From contig NC_068981.1 of the NCBI RefSeq assembly GCF_001194135.2, positions 38,140,263 through 38,204,262 on the forward strand: a DNA stretch of 64,000 nt, given 5' to 3'. This document shows, one piece after another, positions 10,015 through 23,289 of the stretch (position 1 is its first letter; the number at the start of each line of letters is the position of its first letter). The notes below the pieces were generated by a model that worked only from the letters and a program-made list of their open reading frames with translations, made no database searches and was not told the origin of the DNA. The stretch comes from Octopus bimaculoides (Eukaryota). A program made the translations under genes and the position numbers.

Positions 10015-11029
10015 GGGACAAAACACATACCTTGTGTATGCATGTTTGATACTGTTTACTCATTATAATTTCTAGCACATATGTCTATAAGCTGATATTT
10101 TATTCCATTTGTATATACGGACATACAAAATAAATTCAAGCATGTTCATTTCTATTGTTCAGATGAAAAACAAATGCTTAACTTTTAAAGAAGGTATACA
10201 TTTCTGTTTCCTTAGCATGTAAGGGTAATTTTGGCATCCTACTTTCTTGCCAATCAACACACTAAAGGAATATACATGAAATAAATACATGTGCTAAATG
10301 TGTGCATGTGCCATTGTGTGCATGTGGCCATGTGTATGCATGTTGTATTTGCTTAATCCCAGATGTAAAATATATAATAAATATTAAAGAAGTTTGATGC
10401 ATTGAACTTCTTCATCTGTCATACATCAACCTAAAAAACTGTATTGAATGTTAAAGTTGTTATAACTCTTTCCAGCATAGATCATCTATTATTATCCATC
10501 ATGCTAAGTTTTCTTTGAAATTCTCGTTGAAATAAGATGGGTTGTCTTTGAAATTCTCAGAAAAATATGAGCCTCTGTAAACAAGTAGAAATTCATTTGT
10601 TTCTTTCTTATTCTCAATTGGGTTAGGATAGTGGATGATATATTGTATCTCTATAAGGAAGATTTAGTAGAAATATGATCCATTGCTAAATATCTGTTTC
10701 CTATCTCACACTACCCATGAAATGCAGCTCATCTCTCTTTTGTCTCTCATTTTCTAAATGTGCTTTGAAAATGCTGCGATATTTTCTAGGTTGTGATTTT
10801 GGAATGAGTTATTGAGCCAGTACAGGCAACATTAGAGGAGTGCTCAAATAGCCTTATATAACTTGCTGATGTACTGACTGTAGAGTCATACTGCTATGCA
10901 GTGCTTCTCTAATAATATATGCCTTTTATTGGGAAAAGCCTTCTGTTTCAGCAATTGCATGTTTTCTCCCTTTGTGCTATATTCCATTTCAGTATTTTTA
11001 TATTGTCCTCTTAATATAATTAGCACCCC

Positions 11030-11162
11030 CAAATAACTGGAAGCAAGATACTAAGGCAGAGATGAAAAGTCAAGGATCCAGTTGGAGAGAAGCAGAAATA
11101 GCAGCCCAGAGTAAAGTCATTGTTGGCCTATGCTGCACAGGAAGTGAAGGGCTTAAATAAAA
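11030..11162 (+). mobile_element. RTE LINE C-terminal remnant (second lineage)
   Basis: NWKQDTKAEMKSQGSSWREAEIAAQSKV..., then GLCCTGSEGL after a frameshift. Matches the RTE ending 'TWRRxxEAEM...W.E....AQDR..WR..V.GLCS'. Confidence 0.65.
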
Positions 11163-11384
11163 TAACACATATATGCATTTTGCATTTACACGCACATACA
11201 CACATAGAGCATTAGGGTTAAATTTGGCGATTTTTTATGTCTCTCTTTTAGAAGAACAGCTTGATATATTGGTGAACAGTCAACAGCATTGGAGAGCATA
11301 AAGAATAAAGTTGTAGTTGAGAAAAAGTTAGCTGAAATGGCGGACTGTACGTCATCTGAATATTGGTTTTGGTACAAGGCTAGC

Positions 11385-11575
11385 AATTTTGGGGAGTGGA
11401 TAAGTCGATTACATCGACTCCAGTACGTGACTGGTACTTATCTTAGCAACCTCAAAAGTGTGAAAGTCAAAGTTGACCTTGATGGAATTCGAACCCAGAA
11501 TGTAAAGATCGATAAAGTGTCCCCTAAACATTTTGTTCAGGATGCTATGTTCTCGCCTGCTCACTGCTTTAAGCC
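11385..11575 (-). mobile_element. tRNA-headed SINE family 3, degenerate
   Basis: 'ataagtcgattacatcgac...actggtac...gaaagtcaaagttgaccttgatggaattcgaacccagaatgta' is colinear with 62964-63173. Confidence 0.8.
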
Positions 11576-12144
11576 ATTTGCATTTTGGCAAAGAGTTACT
11601 TGTATCATGATGAATACAACACTGTTACACCACTTGTAATACTGATAATGGAATAACATTACATATCTCAATATATCACGGCTTATAATTTGATGTTTGA
11701 TGTTTGGTACAATTTCAGCATCAGGTTATTGAAGGACTATATTATTTATTCACTTATGCAATCAAGTTGTATTGGAACATTTTAACACTGATCCCTAACC
11801 AAACTGTATTCTCAGAGTATATTATAATGGCAAAGATGCATTAGTGAGTAAAACACTATTTGTGGATTGATTAAACCATAAAACTGCTGGAAGGATCATA
11901 AAGCATTTAGGGACAATAAGGTGCAATTTGAATTTGTGCCTAATTGTAGAACTAAAGTTAGTAAATTTCAATTCAGGCAAGTTGTAAGTTAATCCTCTGT
12001 TTTGGTTAGTCTAAAGAAAGTTTGTGCTTATGCTTTTAAATAAGTCTACTATGTGGAAGAAATTTGATCAATATATTGGTAAAAGTTTAGCCCGTTAACA
12101 TTTGGATTACTCTGTCAGATGCAATGTGTATTTATTCACATTGT

Positions 12145-12352
12145 AAGGCAGCAAGTTGTCAGAATCATTAATGCACCAGGCAAAATGCTTAAAAACATTT
12201 TGTTTGTCTTCATGTTCTGAGTTCAAATTCTGTGAGTTTGACTTTGTCTTTCATCTTTGTGGGATTGATAAAACCAGTTGAATTCTAGGGTCGAAATAAT
12301 GGACCTGCAATCCAACCCATCCCACAATTGCTGGCCTTGTGCCAAAATTTGA
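12145..12352 (+). mobile_element. tRNA-headed SINE family 3, degenerate
   Basis: 'ggcagcaagttgtcagaatcattaatgcaccaggcaaaatgctta...ttctgagttcaaattc...gactttgtctttcatc...ggccttgtgccaaaatttgaaac'. Confidence 0.8.
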
Positions 12353-12361
12353 AACTTGTTT

Positions 12362-12516
12362 AATCACATTGCTCTTATTTAATCATGCATTACCTTGTAA
12401 CTTCAAGATTTTGGTAGTGTAATTGTTGATTGTTAGAATGAGAGTGTAGGTAGGAGGGAGAAGCCAGTTTGAGCATAAACAGGCAGATATGGCTGGTTTA
12501 AATGCTAAAGGGTTAA
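12362..12516 (+). mobile_element. piggyBac-type MITE, right part
   Basis: Ends 'gcagatatggctggtttaaatgctaaaggg' followed by TTAA (12513-12516). Homologous to 50391-50574. Confidence 0.75.
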
Positions 12517-13444
12517 ACTATATACCTTGTAAATATTTAGTACATAAAAGGTTGTGGTAAGATACCTGTCAGAATGATTGGAGTGTCATATGTATGAGTG
12601 TAATTAATGTCATAGATATCCATTAGAAGAAATTTGATAAATGGAGTAAATACGTTTTGCTAACTAGTTTACTTGAAGTAGTAGCAAAGAAAGTATAGCT
12701 AAAATAGATAAAAGAACTTCAAGAGGTTCTTAAAGTTTTCCTTTGATGTAATTGGCAGACTAAATACAGCCTAAGAAACAAGGTGTTAAGTGAGGTATAA
12801 ACATCAAGTGTAGAAGACCTGAAGAGGTGGAAATAAACAAGTTAATTATGATCCATTGGATATGAAAAAATTGCACAGTAGAGTGAGCTCAAATGAGCTG
12901 AGATATTAGCTGACTATTAAAGGCATGAAATGGTGTACACAGGGGAAACAAAATTACTTGTATGTGAATGTGATGTAAATGAACAATGGATGCTGGGCGA
13001 AAGGTAACTATGAAAGAAAGAGAGATCTGGCAAAGTTAAACCTAAGAATAGGATGATGAGTGCCCCTCAAGAGATAATAAAATACTAAGATGAATGGTAA
13101 TATATTACACAGTAAAGCAATCTGATCCCCTAGAATGGAAAGGAAGTTTTAAAATGATAATAATAAAATTGTATATGTATTAATAAGGAAGGAGAGAAAG
13201 AGAGAGGAAGATGCTAGAATATTATAAGTTCACATTGCTAGCTTATTAATCAACTGTCTAATCTTTTTTGAAATTAATATAACCGGGTTGAGTTTCAAAG
13301 GTAGACATATAACTTTACTAGTCTCCATATCTTGTCTAGTCATTTACCTAATTGCCAGTGTGTCAGGTTTGGTCAAATGGATTTCATTTGGAGCTGATAT
13401 AGGACTACACAAACACAGCAGAAACTAGTCTTAGTTTTCCAGCT

Positions 13445-13860
13445 TACAACAGATACCATACCATTCTTACAACAAAGAATTCACTAGTAAAGACTTTGAA
13501 CGAAGTCTTTGATGCAAAACTTCTAAAATAATATTCTTCTGGTGTTTCAAAAATATTGAGTGGGTGACAAACACTGGGCCTTTTTCTTTGATTTACTTCC
13601 ACACTAGTATTAATCGAATTTGACCTTTCTTCATTGCCCTCCAAAATATGTTAATTTCATTTTCAGTACTCAGTGTAATGTAATGCCACATCATTATTTT
13701 GGAGCACTTGCAAGCAACTTCTTACTTAGGTTTGTTGCTGGAGAACTTGCAGTAGAGAACAACCATTGACATTCTAATGCCCAACATAAATGTTTGCCAT
13801 GTAAGATTTGTTCCCTGGTCTATAGAGCAGCTCAAGCAGCAGCAATTGCATTTTCTAAGA
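13445..13860 (-). pseudogene. Decayed hAT-superfamily (Tip100/ZMYM1-like) transposase fragment
   Basis: Across frames and in the expected order: ...LFSTASSPATNLSKKL (cf. DNLSKxLQ), TLSTENEINIFWRAMKK (cf. LRxExxFxLFWxxV), QRKRP...IFETPEEYYFRSF (cf. RKxP...FxTPEDYYR..YF). Matched by eye from memory. Confidence 0.5.
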
Positions 13861-14371
13861 GGAACAAAACCTGCTGATTCTCATGACTGAATGTAGACAT
13901 TGCAAAGAATATTGGTGTGTAGTTACATATACATATTATTAAGCAGCTGTATTCTATATCATCCGGGTATAGTGTGCCCAAAACAGGCTGTCATCAAGTG
14001 GATCTATAATCAAAAGTACTCCATCTCTGACCATCCCAGTTTTTATGTAGATAATGGTCAGCATTATTCTTGTTTTAAGATAAAAGAGTGTAATTTGGGA
14101 GAATTTGGTTGATATTTCTAGTAAAACAATTGACTACATAAATAATTTCTTATTGGCAAGTCCAAAATCTGTAATAAATATGATAATTATAGCTAGGCAT
14201 ACTTGAATATTTATTAGTTAGATCAACTTTTAACTTGAGATAGCTAGGCATATTTTGGTAGAAAAAATAGTTGAAATGTGTATGTATAACATACGTACTT
14301 CAAAAAGCTTATGGGAAAGAGCTAGCTGAACACATTTATATTGCAGGTTTAGTTGCACATAGTTGCAAAGT

Positions 14372-14960
14372 CATCATCATCATCTAACGTCCTCCTTCCA
14401 TGCTGGCATGGGTTGAAAGGTTTGATAGGAGTTGGCCAGGTGAGAACTTGCACCATGCACCTGTGTCTGTTTTGGCATGGTTTTTATGACAGGATTCTTT
14501 GCCTAACACCAACCACTCTGTAGAGTGGGCTGAAAGCTTTTTACATGACACTCACATAGGTGAGGTCAGTTTTGGTGTGATTTTTACAGCTGGATGCCCT
14601 TCCAAATGCTAACCACTTTACAGTGTGGACTGAGTGCTTTTTAAGTGGCACCTGCACTGGTGGGAGTCACCAAGTGACTTTGAAAGACAAGGAGTCTTTG
14701 AGAGTGGAGGGGGCATTGAAGGAGGTGATCTTGTGTCAGATGATGAAAGATTTGAGTGTGATAGAGAGGCAGAAACAGATGTCTTGCTGTAGAGGAGGTC
14801 CATGGTTATCCAACCCAAGAGAGGGTGAGAGAGAGGAAGTGAAAGAGAGGGAGAGAAAAAGAGCAAGAGTTAACAAGAATGAGGGCAGAAACAATTACCT
14901 AGAGAGTGTGGGAGTTAACAAGAAAGAAGTGTGCTGCTGTAAAGAAGTGGGCTTCTTAAA
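14372..14960 (-). mobile_element. RTE-type 3' end with duplicated block, homologous to 2812-3345
   Basis: (CAT)n, 'tccatgctggcatgggttg', two 'ccaaccact' blocks, 'gtcaccaagt', 'ggaggtgat', 'gtcttgctgtaga'. Confidence 0.82.
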
Positions 14961-15600
14961 CACATAGCCATGATTAAAAAGCTTTTTAAGGAACTTTCTT
15001 TAGAAATCTTTCATAAATATCATTTATGGAATAATGTTTCTACTAGGAAAGCATCAATACTGAACCCTTTTTTTCAGCTCTGAAAAAGTTAATTTAATTT
15101 CAGTAAGTTCAAAAGCCTGCTATAAGATTGCGTTCAGCTTGCTCTTTCCCATAAGTCTGCAGAAATAGTGTTATTCAGCATAACACTTTACAGCATAAAT
15201 AGCCAATTCTGATGGACCTCTTCACAATAACCTCAAACTCTCTCATGAGAAATTGATCAATGTCATATTTATTTATCTCTTGATGGCATAGGTTTAAATT
15301 CTGTAAAAAAATGGAACAACATGTCTATACTGAAGAACTGCAGTAGATGTGTTTACAACATCTGCATACGGTCTATTTGTTTTCCATATAACAAAAATCA
15401 AATATATCTATTGGCCAAAATGATACCTCTTTGTAGTTACATTTGTAGAGTCTGATGTATATAAGTATGTATTTGAATAGCAGGACAGATTTCAAACTTA
15501 TATTGAAGAAGCTTCTTACAACAAATATAAGAAATAATTGCAGCTCACAATTTCTGTCACTTCCCTATGTTAGAGGATGTATGAACATTTTAGGCAGGTT

Positions 15601-15738
15601 TAACACACACACACATACACACACACACACACACACAAACATATATACATGCACAAGCATACACACATACATACACAAACACACACTAATGAATATATAT
15701 AAATATATATATATACANNNNNNNNNNAATATATATAA

Positions 15739-15819
<81 letters not shown>

Positions 15820-15945
15820 CATATGTATATATATATGTTGGTATATTGTGTGTGCATGTGCATGTATGTGTGCATGTGTGTGCATGTGTGTATGGGTGTG
15901 TGTATGTGTGTTTGTGTGTATGTGTGTGTGTGTATGTATGTCCAG
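15601..15945. repeat. Compound (CA)n/(TA)n/(TG)n microsatellite with 10-N gap
   Basis: Direct reading. Confidence 0.95.
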
Positions 15946-16401
15946 TAATATTCACTGACCATTAACTTCATAATATACATGTCTTATTTGCATGAAAAAA
16001 GCTGATAGATTTAATTGCATAATACATTGACAGTAATATGAAATTATCACTAAAATCTCCTAATCTAAAAAGGAAGGGTGTTATACATAAAATATGTAAA
16101 TGCTACTCAAAAATGAATATCTCTGAGAGGGAAGAATGTGACTTATGAGGTTATATAATGGGATTAAATTGGATAGTGAGAGGAACCATGTAGAACTGTG
16201 GAAGAAGAGAAAGTATGACAGTAGCAATAGGAAAGGAGGAGTAAGAGATCAGTAGTCATTGAGAGGGAGGGTGGGGAGAAGGAGAATGAAGATTGAGAAA
16301 GTAGTATGAAAATATCAAGGGAGAAAGACAAGCTGGTTGTAGGCATATGGACAAGGAAGTTATAATGGAGAAATTGTTTACAAGTTGACAGTGCAAGACA
16401 A

Positions 16402-16405
16402 GTGT

Positions 16406-16445
<40 letters not shown>

Positions 16446-16591
16446 ATGTGTGTGCATGTATGTGAGTGTGCATGTGCATGTGTGTATGTCCGTGTCAGTT
16501 TGTGTCTGTGTATGCATGTGCACGTGTGTATATGTGTGTGTGTGTGCATGCGTGCTTTTGTATGTGCATATATGTGCATGCATGTGTGTGT

Positions 16592-16658
<67 letters not shown>

Positions 16659-16660
16659 TG
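16402..16660. repeat. Compound (TG)n/(TGCA)n microsatellite
   Basis: Direct reading. Confidence 0.95.
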
Positions 16661-18519
16661 TGCACACGCATATCTCAGATAGTAAGAGAAACAGACATGT
16701 TTGGGGAGCAGACTATTTTATTTATAAGAGAAGTAGATGGAGAGAAATAAGAAAGAATGAAGCTGACACAACTTGGGGAAGGAAAGGGAAAATAAATGAA
16801 AATAGTTTGAGAATCTCTATTGTAAGGAACAGATGAAACCTCTTTTGACCTGCAGAAAGATTGTATCCCATTAAATTATGTGAGTTAGTCACTGTTCTCA
16901 ACTGACAAGCAGAACAGAGTAACTTCTATCACCAGCCCTGGAGCTGAAATGTCACTGCAGGCTTGTGGAGGTTATTTCACAGCAAGCAGCTTTCTTTTCT
17001 CTGCTCATCTACATAAATAGCGTCCGTCTTGAATCTTTCCTCCCAATATTTCCTTGAATTTATATTTACATATTCATTTATTTATTTACTTCCTCTCTTC
17101 CATGGTGTCCTTAATCTGAAAAGAGCACCATAAAGGCTTCATCTTTTTACTTCTCTCAAAGATCTAATGTGTTATGGAAAAACTATCTAAAGCAAGCTGT
17201 ATTAAGTAGATTAAGATTAATTAGTGTGCAAAATAAGGTTTCTAATGATGCAGTATTAGATGTGGTTTTATGGATTGTTGGTTGGTGCTCTTGCCTAGTG
17301 AAATAAGCCAGTCAGACGAGCTTTCAAATATTGGAAATACCTCAGAAAGGGGAGGGGTTTTCTACATTCCTCAATGAAGATAAAACTTTAAAATGAAAAA
17401 TGTTGATATGGAAGGATCTTTTCTCCTTTGTGATTTTAACACATGTAGACTGACACACACTCTTTTCTATGAGTTCTCCAAGAGAAGCTAGCCCATGAAA
17501 GTTGTATGGGTTCTATCAAATAAAGGTATTTTGAGTAACAGACAAAATATTTTTCCTTCAATACCTGAATTAGTATATAATTTAGTGATGTATAACCTCA
17601 ATACATTTAGTGTTTGGTAAAGGAAATGCATTTATATGAACAAATGATATATGTATGAGAATTAAATTATATCAAACAAAGAATGACTGGAAAATAAAAA
17701 AAATTAGTCTCATATTTATATTGATATGTAAAGGGATAAGATCACAATTAATAAAAAATCTTAGCAAATATTCTAAGATTTTTGTTTTGTTGTGTATGTA
17801 TGTATGTATGTCTCTATGGATGTGCACACACATATATACAACTAAGTACAAAGCTCAATTAAATAATAAGACATCAATAAATGCATTGAGATTGTTGATC
17901 AGGAAGAAATATTTTCATACATTGTTAATGCTTTTTCCTATTACCAAATAATGTTTAAAATGACAATTTCAGAAATGTTTTATGACTTAAGTGAATCATC
18001 TCTTTACTTACCCATAATAAGACCAATACGTAAATATATTTTACTGCAGTAATTAAATAGATGAATTACTATTCAACTTACAAAAATTCTTCACAAAAGT
18101 CAACATTATTCATAGATTACAAATATATTCAAACATGGTATTCAAAGTAAAGTGCTTTGTTAAAAAATACTGCAAATGTCTATACAAATATAAGAATATC
18201 TCATGTATAGGTTGTATGTTTCATTAAAAAATAGTCTTCATAGCTTCAGTCTGCTCAGATTATATTAAATTTTTTTATACACCTTCTTGTACCTTGAATG
18301 TACACCCAAACACCTCATCTCCACCATCTTTATCTCTCTTATCTCTATCCCTACCCCTTATGTAATATGGTGTTTCCATATGTCTTCTCTACCAAAAGAT
18401 ACCTGTCTTTGTTCTCCTCCATCATTTTTAGATTCTCAGCATCTGGCATAAAGCCACTTCCCTTTCTACACCTCCCACTCAGGCAAGAAGGCAGTTTTAT
18501 ATCATCAGTTATCTGGTAA

Positions 18520-18765
18520 TTTCACTGGTACCAACCAGTGTCATGAAAATAGCACCCTGTACACTCTATAAAGTGATCGGCATTACAATGGGCATCCAGT
18601 CATAGAAAGAAACCATTCCAAAGCAGACATTGGAGCTCAATACAGTTCTGCAGCTCAGACATTGGAGCTCAACACAGTTCTTCAGCTCATCACATCCTAT
18701 CAAACCAACCAACACATGCCAGCATTTAGAAGACAGACATAAAATGATGATGATGATGACAACAA
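18520..18765 (+). mobile_element. RTE-type 3' end with (GAT)n tail and internal 33-bp tandem duplication
   Basis: 'gcaccc..tacactct...gggcatccag...cagacattggagctcaa(t/c)acagttct(g/t)cagct x2...acatgccagcatt...aaaatgatgatgatgatgac'. Confidence 0.8.
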
Positions 18766-19078
18766 CAATAACAGTGGTGGCGATGGTGGTAGCAGCAGTG
18801 GCAGTGGCAGCAGTGGTAGTGGTGATGATTTCTTTTACAAGAAAATCTTCAGGTTACACACACAGTTCCAGTTAGATTCTAAACACAAATCATAGATAAA
18901 CGGTTTATGTTTATAATTGAATAGAGCAGCACAAGGCATATGAACGGATTAATTTTAAAATTAGTTCATTGTTTGTAATACAGTAATTCAAATAGGATGT
19001 AGAAGCATGAAAATATATTTTATGATTAAGATTGAATCAAATTTGTTTCCATTTGTAAAGAAATATGTGCTTTTTAGT

Positions 19079-19255
19079 GTAGGTGTAGGCATGGCTATGT
19101 GGTTAAGATGCTTGCTTCTCAACCACATAGTTTGGGGTTCAACCCCATTGCATGAAACTTTTGGCAAATGTCATCTGCTATAGTCACAGGCCAACCAAAG
19201 CTTTGTAAGTGGATTTAATGGAAAGAAACTGAACTAAGCCCATCATGTATGTATG
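19079..19255 (+). mobile_element. SINE family 1, 5' half
   Basis: 'ggtgtaggcatggctatgtggttaag...ggggttcaacccc...ggcaaatgtcatctgctatag...ccaaagctttgtaagtggattt'. Followed by a short (GAT)n-type tail at ~19285-19340. Confidence 0.85.
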
Positions 19256-20224
19256 ACTATAGAAAAACTTCCTGCACTGAAATCCCCTCTGACCCATGCA
19301 ACCATGGAAAAGTAGATGTTAAAATGATGATGGCGATGTCAATAATGTATTACTGTTATGTATAATTTGTTTATGAAAGATGATACGAAATACAATTTGA
19401 AGGTTAATTACAGATCACATTGCACAGCTCATAATTAATTCAAGGATAGTTAATTATCTAAATATCAATTACATAAATGATAACATGAAACAATAAACAA
19501 GCCAAAGAGAGAGCCTCTCAGTGGTCGTTTAACCTGCCAGAAATAGCAATTAAATCTACCTCTATCTTGAAAGGACACATGGAATAATGTGATCATGTGT
19601 ACTCAATGTTTTAAAAAAAATCAAAAATCATTGTATTTGTCATGGATGGAATGCTTTTCATCAAAGATCTGCTCAGATTGCTTTTGTAAATATGCACACA
19701 TGTGCATAAATATATTTATATATACAAAGCAAAGACACTTCTATCTTGCAAGAGTCAAAAGGGTAGTGACATTGTCTAAACCAAAAATAACCTTTCAAAT
19801 CCTAAATATGAAAGTATGTTTAATAATTAGTTTGATTAATCAAGTTTTGATGCTAGTATACTGCACGAAGTAAAGGAGAGGAAGGATTTTCTTCAGTAGG
19901 GTTACATTATGAAACTGAATGAAAATGTGAAATATTTGCTGTAGAGTATGGAATATTCATGTATTGAAATTTATATTTACATTGACAGTCCTTAATACAC
20001 TAGATTATATCACAGATTGCTTAAGCCACCAACTTGATTATTTCTGGTGAGTTATGACGAGAATGGTAGATGAACAACAAAGTCTCAACATATAAAAATA
20101 TCTCTCTTTGCATGTGAAAGGAACATCAGAAAGGAAAACAGCAAAAACTCTGCATGAAGCAAGCCTTAAAACACCTATAAAGTGATTTTAAAGTCTTCAA
20201 AATATCCTCAGAAACAGAAAATAA

Positions 20225-20562
20225 CACTGGCTTCCTTCCCACCACCAAGTTTTCTTCGGGCAGGCTAGAACAGAAGTTACCTTCCGAGGCACAAGTCTGA
20301 GAAAGTTTGTTATATGGAAGACCTGCAGTCATCCATGCATACCAGCCTCCCCTCTCCACACCACTGATGTTATCCAAGGGAAAGGCAAAGGCCGATACAG
20401 CTTGACATGAGGGACATCGCAACACATTTCTATAGCTGAATGAAGTAGAGCAACATGAAATAAAGTGTCTTGCTCAAAAACACAACACACAGTTCAGTCT
20501 GGAAATCAAACTCACAGCTTCATGATTGTGAGCCTGATGCTCTAACCAGTGAGCCATGTGAC
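20225..20562 (-). mobile_element. tRNA-headed SINE family 2
   Basis: Minus-strand head 'tggctcactggttagagcatcaggctcacaatc...gagtttgatttcc' (A/B boxes), then 'tgtgtttttgagcaagacacttt'. Related degenerate copies at 24363-24510, 34545-34705 and 35405-35550. Confidence 0.8.
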
Positions 20563-20729
20563 AGATGCTTTTACAACAGCATTGGTCTTATAACATACAC
20601 ATGATCGTCTTTCTTTTCTTTCAGTCTGTTTGTTATACAGACCAGACACATTCTTATCTGTCTCCTCTTCTATCTTTTTTCTTGTCAGAGACAATATTCC
20701 TCCAGCATTTGCTACCTTATCGCACCTGG

Positions 20730-21010
20730 CCTAACAGCCCTCCACGTTTGCTTTTGTTTGGTTTGCTGTATGTCTCCACTTGTATGTTTTTGTTACCAAC
20801 TTTCATCCTCTGCAAATCCCAAATTTTATTTTGGTTTGCAGGAGCAACTGCCTTTCGAAGCCTCATTTCGTTGTTAATTGCTTGAAATGAGGAGCAGATG
20901 GACAGTCGACAACTGATGAAGGGTCGTTCTTTATGTTACTTGTCTTGTTTTCCATTTGTTCCTCTCACTGTACACATACCCAAGTTTGTCTTCGTATTTC
21001 ATGTTGTTTT
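20730..21010 (+). repeat. Unclassified interspersed repeat (copy 1; homologous to 32083-32370)
   Basis: Colinear ~280 bp including 'caaattttatttt', 'caactgatgaag.gtcgttctttatgttacttgtc' and 'ttcgtattt.atgttgttt'. Confidence 0.85.
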
Positions 21011-21011
21011 T

Positions 21012-21063
21012 TTAGCATGGAAAGTGGACGTTAAACGATGATGATGATGATGATGATGATGAT
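21012..21063 (+). mobile_element. RTE 3' terminus with (GAT)n tail
   Basis: 'agcatggaaagtggacgttaaacgatgatgatgatg...' matches 41826-41872 and 60205-60241. Confidence 0.85.
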
Positions 21064-21075
21064 ATATTATGTATA

Positions 21076-21113
<38 letters not shown>

Positions 21114-21139
21114 ATCAACCACTTTATCCAGCTTACACC

Positions 21140-22620
21140 ATCCAGCTACAGCACTTTAAGACTCTCCCAAACATCATCATTGAGCAAGACTTCAATGCAC
21201 TTAGCACCTCCTTATTTTCAAATAATTCTCATAACAAGAGTGATGACATAATATCATTGCAAATAGAATTCCTCTGTTTCCTAAATCTACCACCTTAATA
21301 CATACACATCTCACATAGCCAGTTACAGTAACTCTTCTCCAGACGATACCTCCTGTTCCCCACATTTAGTTTTCATAACTGCTTAGCAAACAACTTGCTA
21401 ACTTTTCTCAAACCACCCTACCATTTATATCACAGCATATTTACACATCAATGAAGAAAGCAAAAATACTTTTACGAACTTCAAAAAAGCACAATTGAAT
21501 GACTTCAACCAAGAAACAGAATCAAAGTTTTCAGAATTTAACAACACTACAATCACCAACATAGACACTGTAGTACATACATTTAACAAGATAATTATAG
21601 ACACATCTAAAGAAAACATATCCAGCCAGGCAACATAAAGAAATACAACCCAAGAAATACAACTCCAGAAATATCCAACCTCATAAAAAACAGAGACAAC
21701 CACAAATACAATACACCAAAACAACACATAACCAAAATAAACTCAGTATGAGATGACTAAAAACGAAAATAATAAAAATAATAATAAACCATAGAAAAAT
21801 AAAATAAAGGCAAACATAAAAATCTATATAAACAGAATCCATGTAAACAAAATTGAACATCAACCACGAAACAAACAGTAAACCACAATATAGAGTAATT
21901 AGCAGCAACATCAACAACAATCAGTCGATAAAAACTATACAAACAGGATGGAAACACAAAATAAAAATAAATACCTTCTACATCTCTCTTCTGACCCCTT
22001 TTATTCAATCAGGCACCCAAGAAGCAATAAAGAAATTGAAAAGTTCCATAGCCTCAGAGCTAAGTCAATCTCCCAGAATTTGGAAATTAGATGAAATCAA
22101 AACAATTTTAGATTATGAGAAAAACTCAAGTGAATAGCATCACATTACCCACTTACACACATTACTCTCAAAAAATTATAGAAAGGCTGGACCATGTCAG
22201 CACAAACCCACACATAACAGTCTCCAACTCCTAATACATATTCAAACAAGAGCATCACTTGACCACCCTACTCACAAACCTAACACAGAATTACATAATG
22301 ACTTCAATAGCAAAAATACTTCTCTCACATGTACCATTCTAACTATTCTTGATATCAGCACAGTTTTTAATTCCTTCTCTACTATCCATTCATATAAAAA
22401 TACTTGGCATCACTTTAAGAGACAATAGAACATGCTGGCTTGCAAACTACCTGTCATGTCAAAGAGCAATACTTCTAGACCCTACAATTTCCTGAATGGA
22501 TTACCACAAGAATCAGTTCTCTCACACACTCTTTTCAGCACACATGTCCTTCCCATAACTTCTATAAAGCATACCAACAGATTCATATGCAAATGACATC
22601 ACACTCTCATCATCCCATCA
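21140..22620 (+). mobile_element. Decayed APE-RT LINE ORF2 (I/Jockey/Ingi group)
   Basis: Motifs in expected order: IIIEQDFNAL (xGDFNAH, ~21172-21200), SSPD (~21334), TNFKKAQL..F (~21475), TILDISTVF (LDxSKAFD, ~22340), NGLPQESVLSHTLF (GVPQGSVLSPTLF, ~22496), YANDIT (YADD, ~22585). Confidence 0.82.
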
Positions 22621-22869
22621 TTCCTGCTTTACAACTACCCCAACCCTTTTTAATTCACCAAGAACAAAATGTTTAGAAACTTGGCTTCCTAGCAGATACA
22701 AAGTAACATGTACCATAGCTCCACTCTTGCTTCATACTAGCAACCTAGGAGAATATAAAATACAACAAAACATTGCACTCAGCATCATAAGTATACTTCA
22801 TGCACAAGCGCGTGCACACACACACACACACACACACACACGCAACATGCATAGAAAACAAGTATATTA

Positions 22870-23250
22870 GGAGTTACATACAACTCTGGTACAACAAAAG
22901 ATGTTTCAGCCTCAACAACTGCTGACATCCATAAAGCTCAAGTGAGGACTTCAGTGTAATACTGGTGCCATATCTGGGATGTTGTTGCTGCTACACAATC
23001 AGACATCTTAAGCTACATTTAGAAAAGCGTCACTAAACTGAGTGGCATTCAATCACTAATGAACACATTCCAATCCCACTGTCCAGATCCATGGATTGCT
23101 ACAACAGTCTTCTACAATAAACCCAAGGCCTTGTAAGTGAATTCAGTAAATGAAAAAAAGCTTCTAGCATACATATATGCACATATATCTTAGCCCCTCA
23201 GCTCTTGGCATAGAACCACCACTCTTTTCTCACTTCCCCAAAACTCTCCC
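22870..23250 (+). mobile_element. Decayed LINE RT C-terminal fragment (CR1/Jockey-like)
   Basis: HKAQVRTSV*YWCHIWD...LSYI*KSVTKL resembles YKAQxRPxLEYCSHIW...LDxIQKRAxRL. Confidence 0.6.
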
Positions 23251-23289
23251 AACTCAAGGGAGCTCTTCCCATTTTCCTTCTTACTGTTA

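Noticed and set aside
12740-13070. Possible decayed RTE C-terminus
   Set aside because: Only loose similarity (RNKVLSEV, GKVKPKNRM); I cannot support it by eye.
20845-20925. Functional hammerhead ribozyme
   Set aside because: CUGAUGA is present, but the opposite core reads GAAG rather than GAAA in both copies, and no UH site or stem I can be built.
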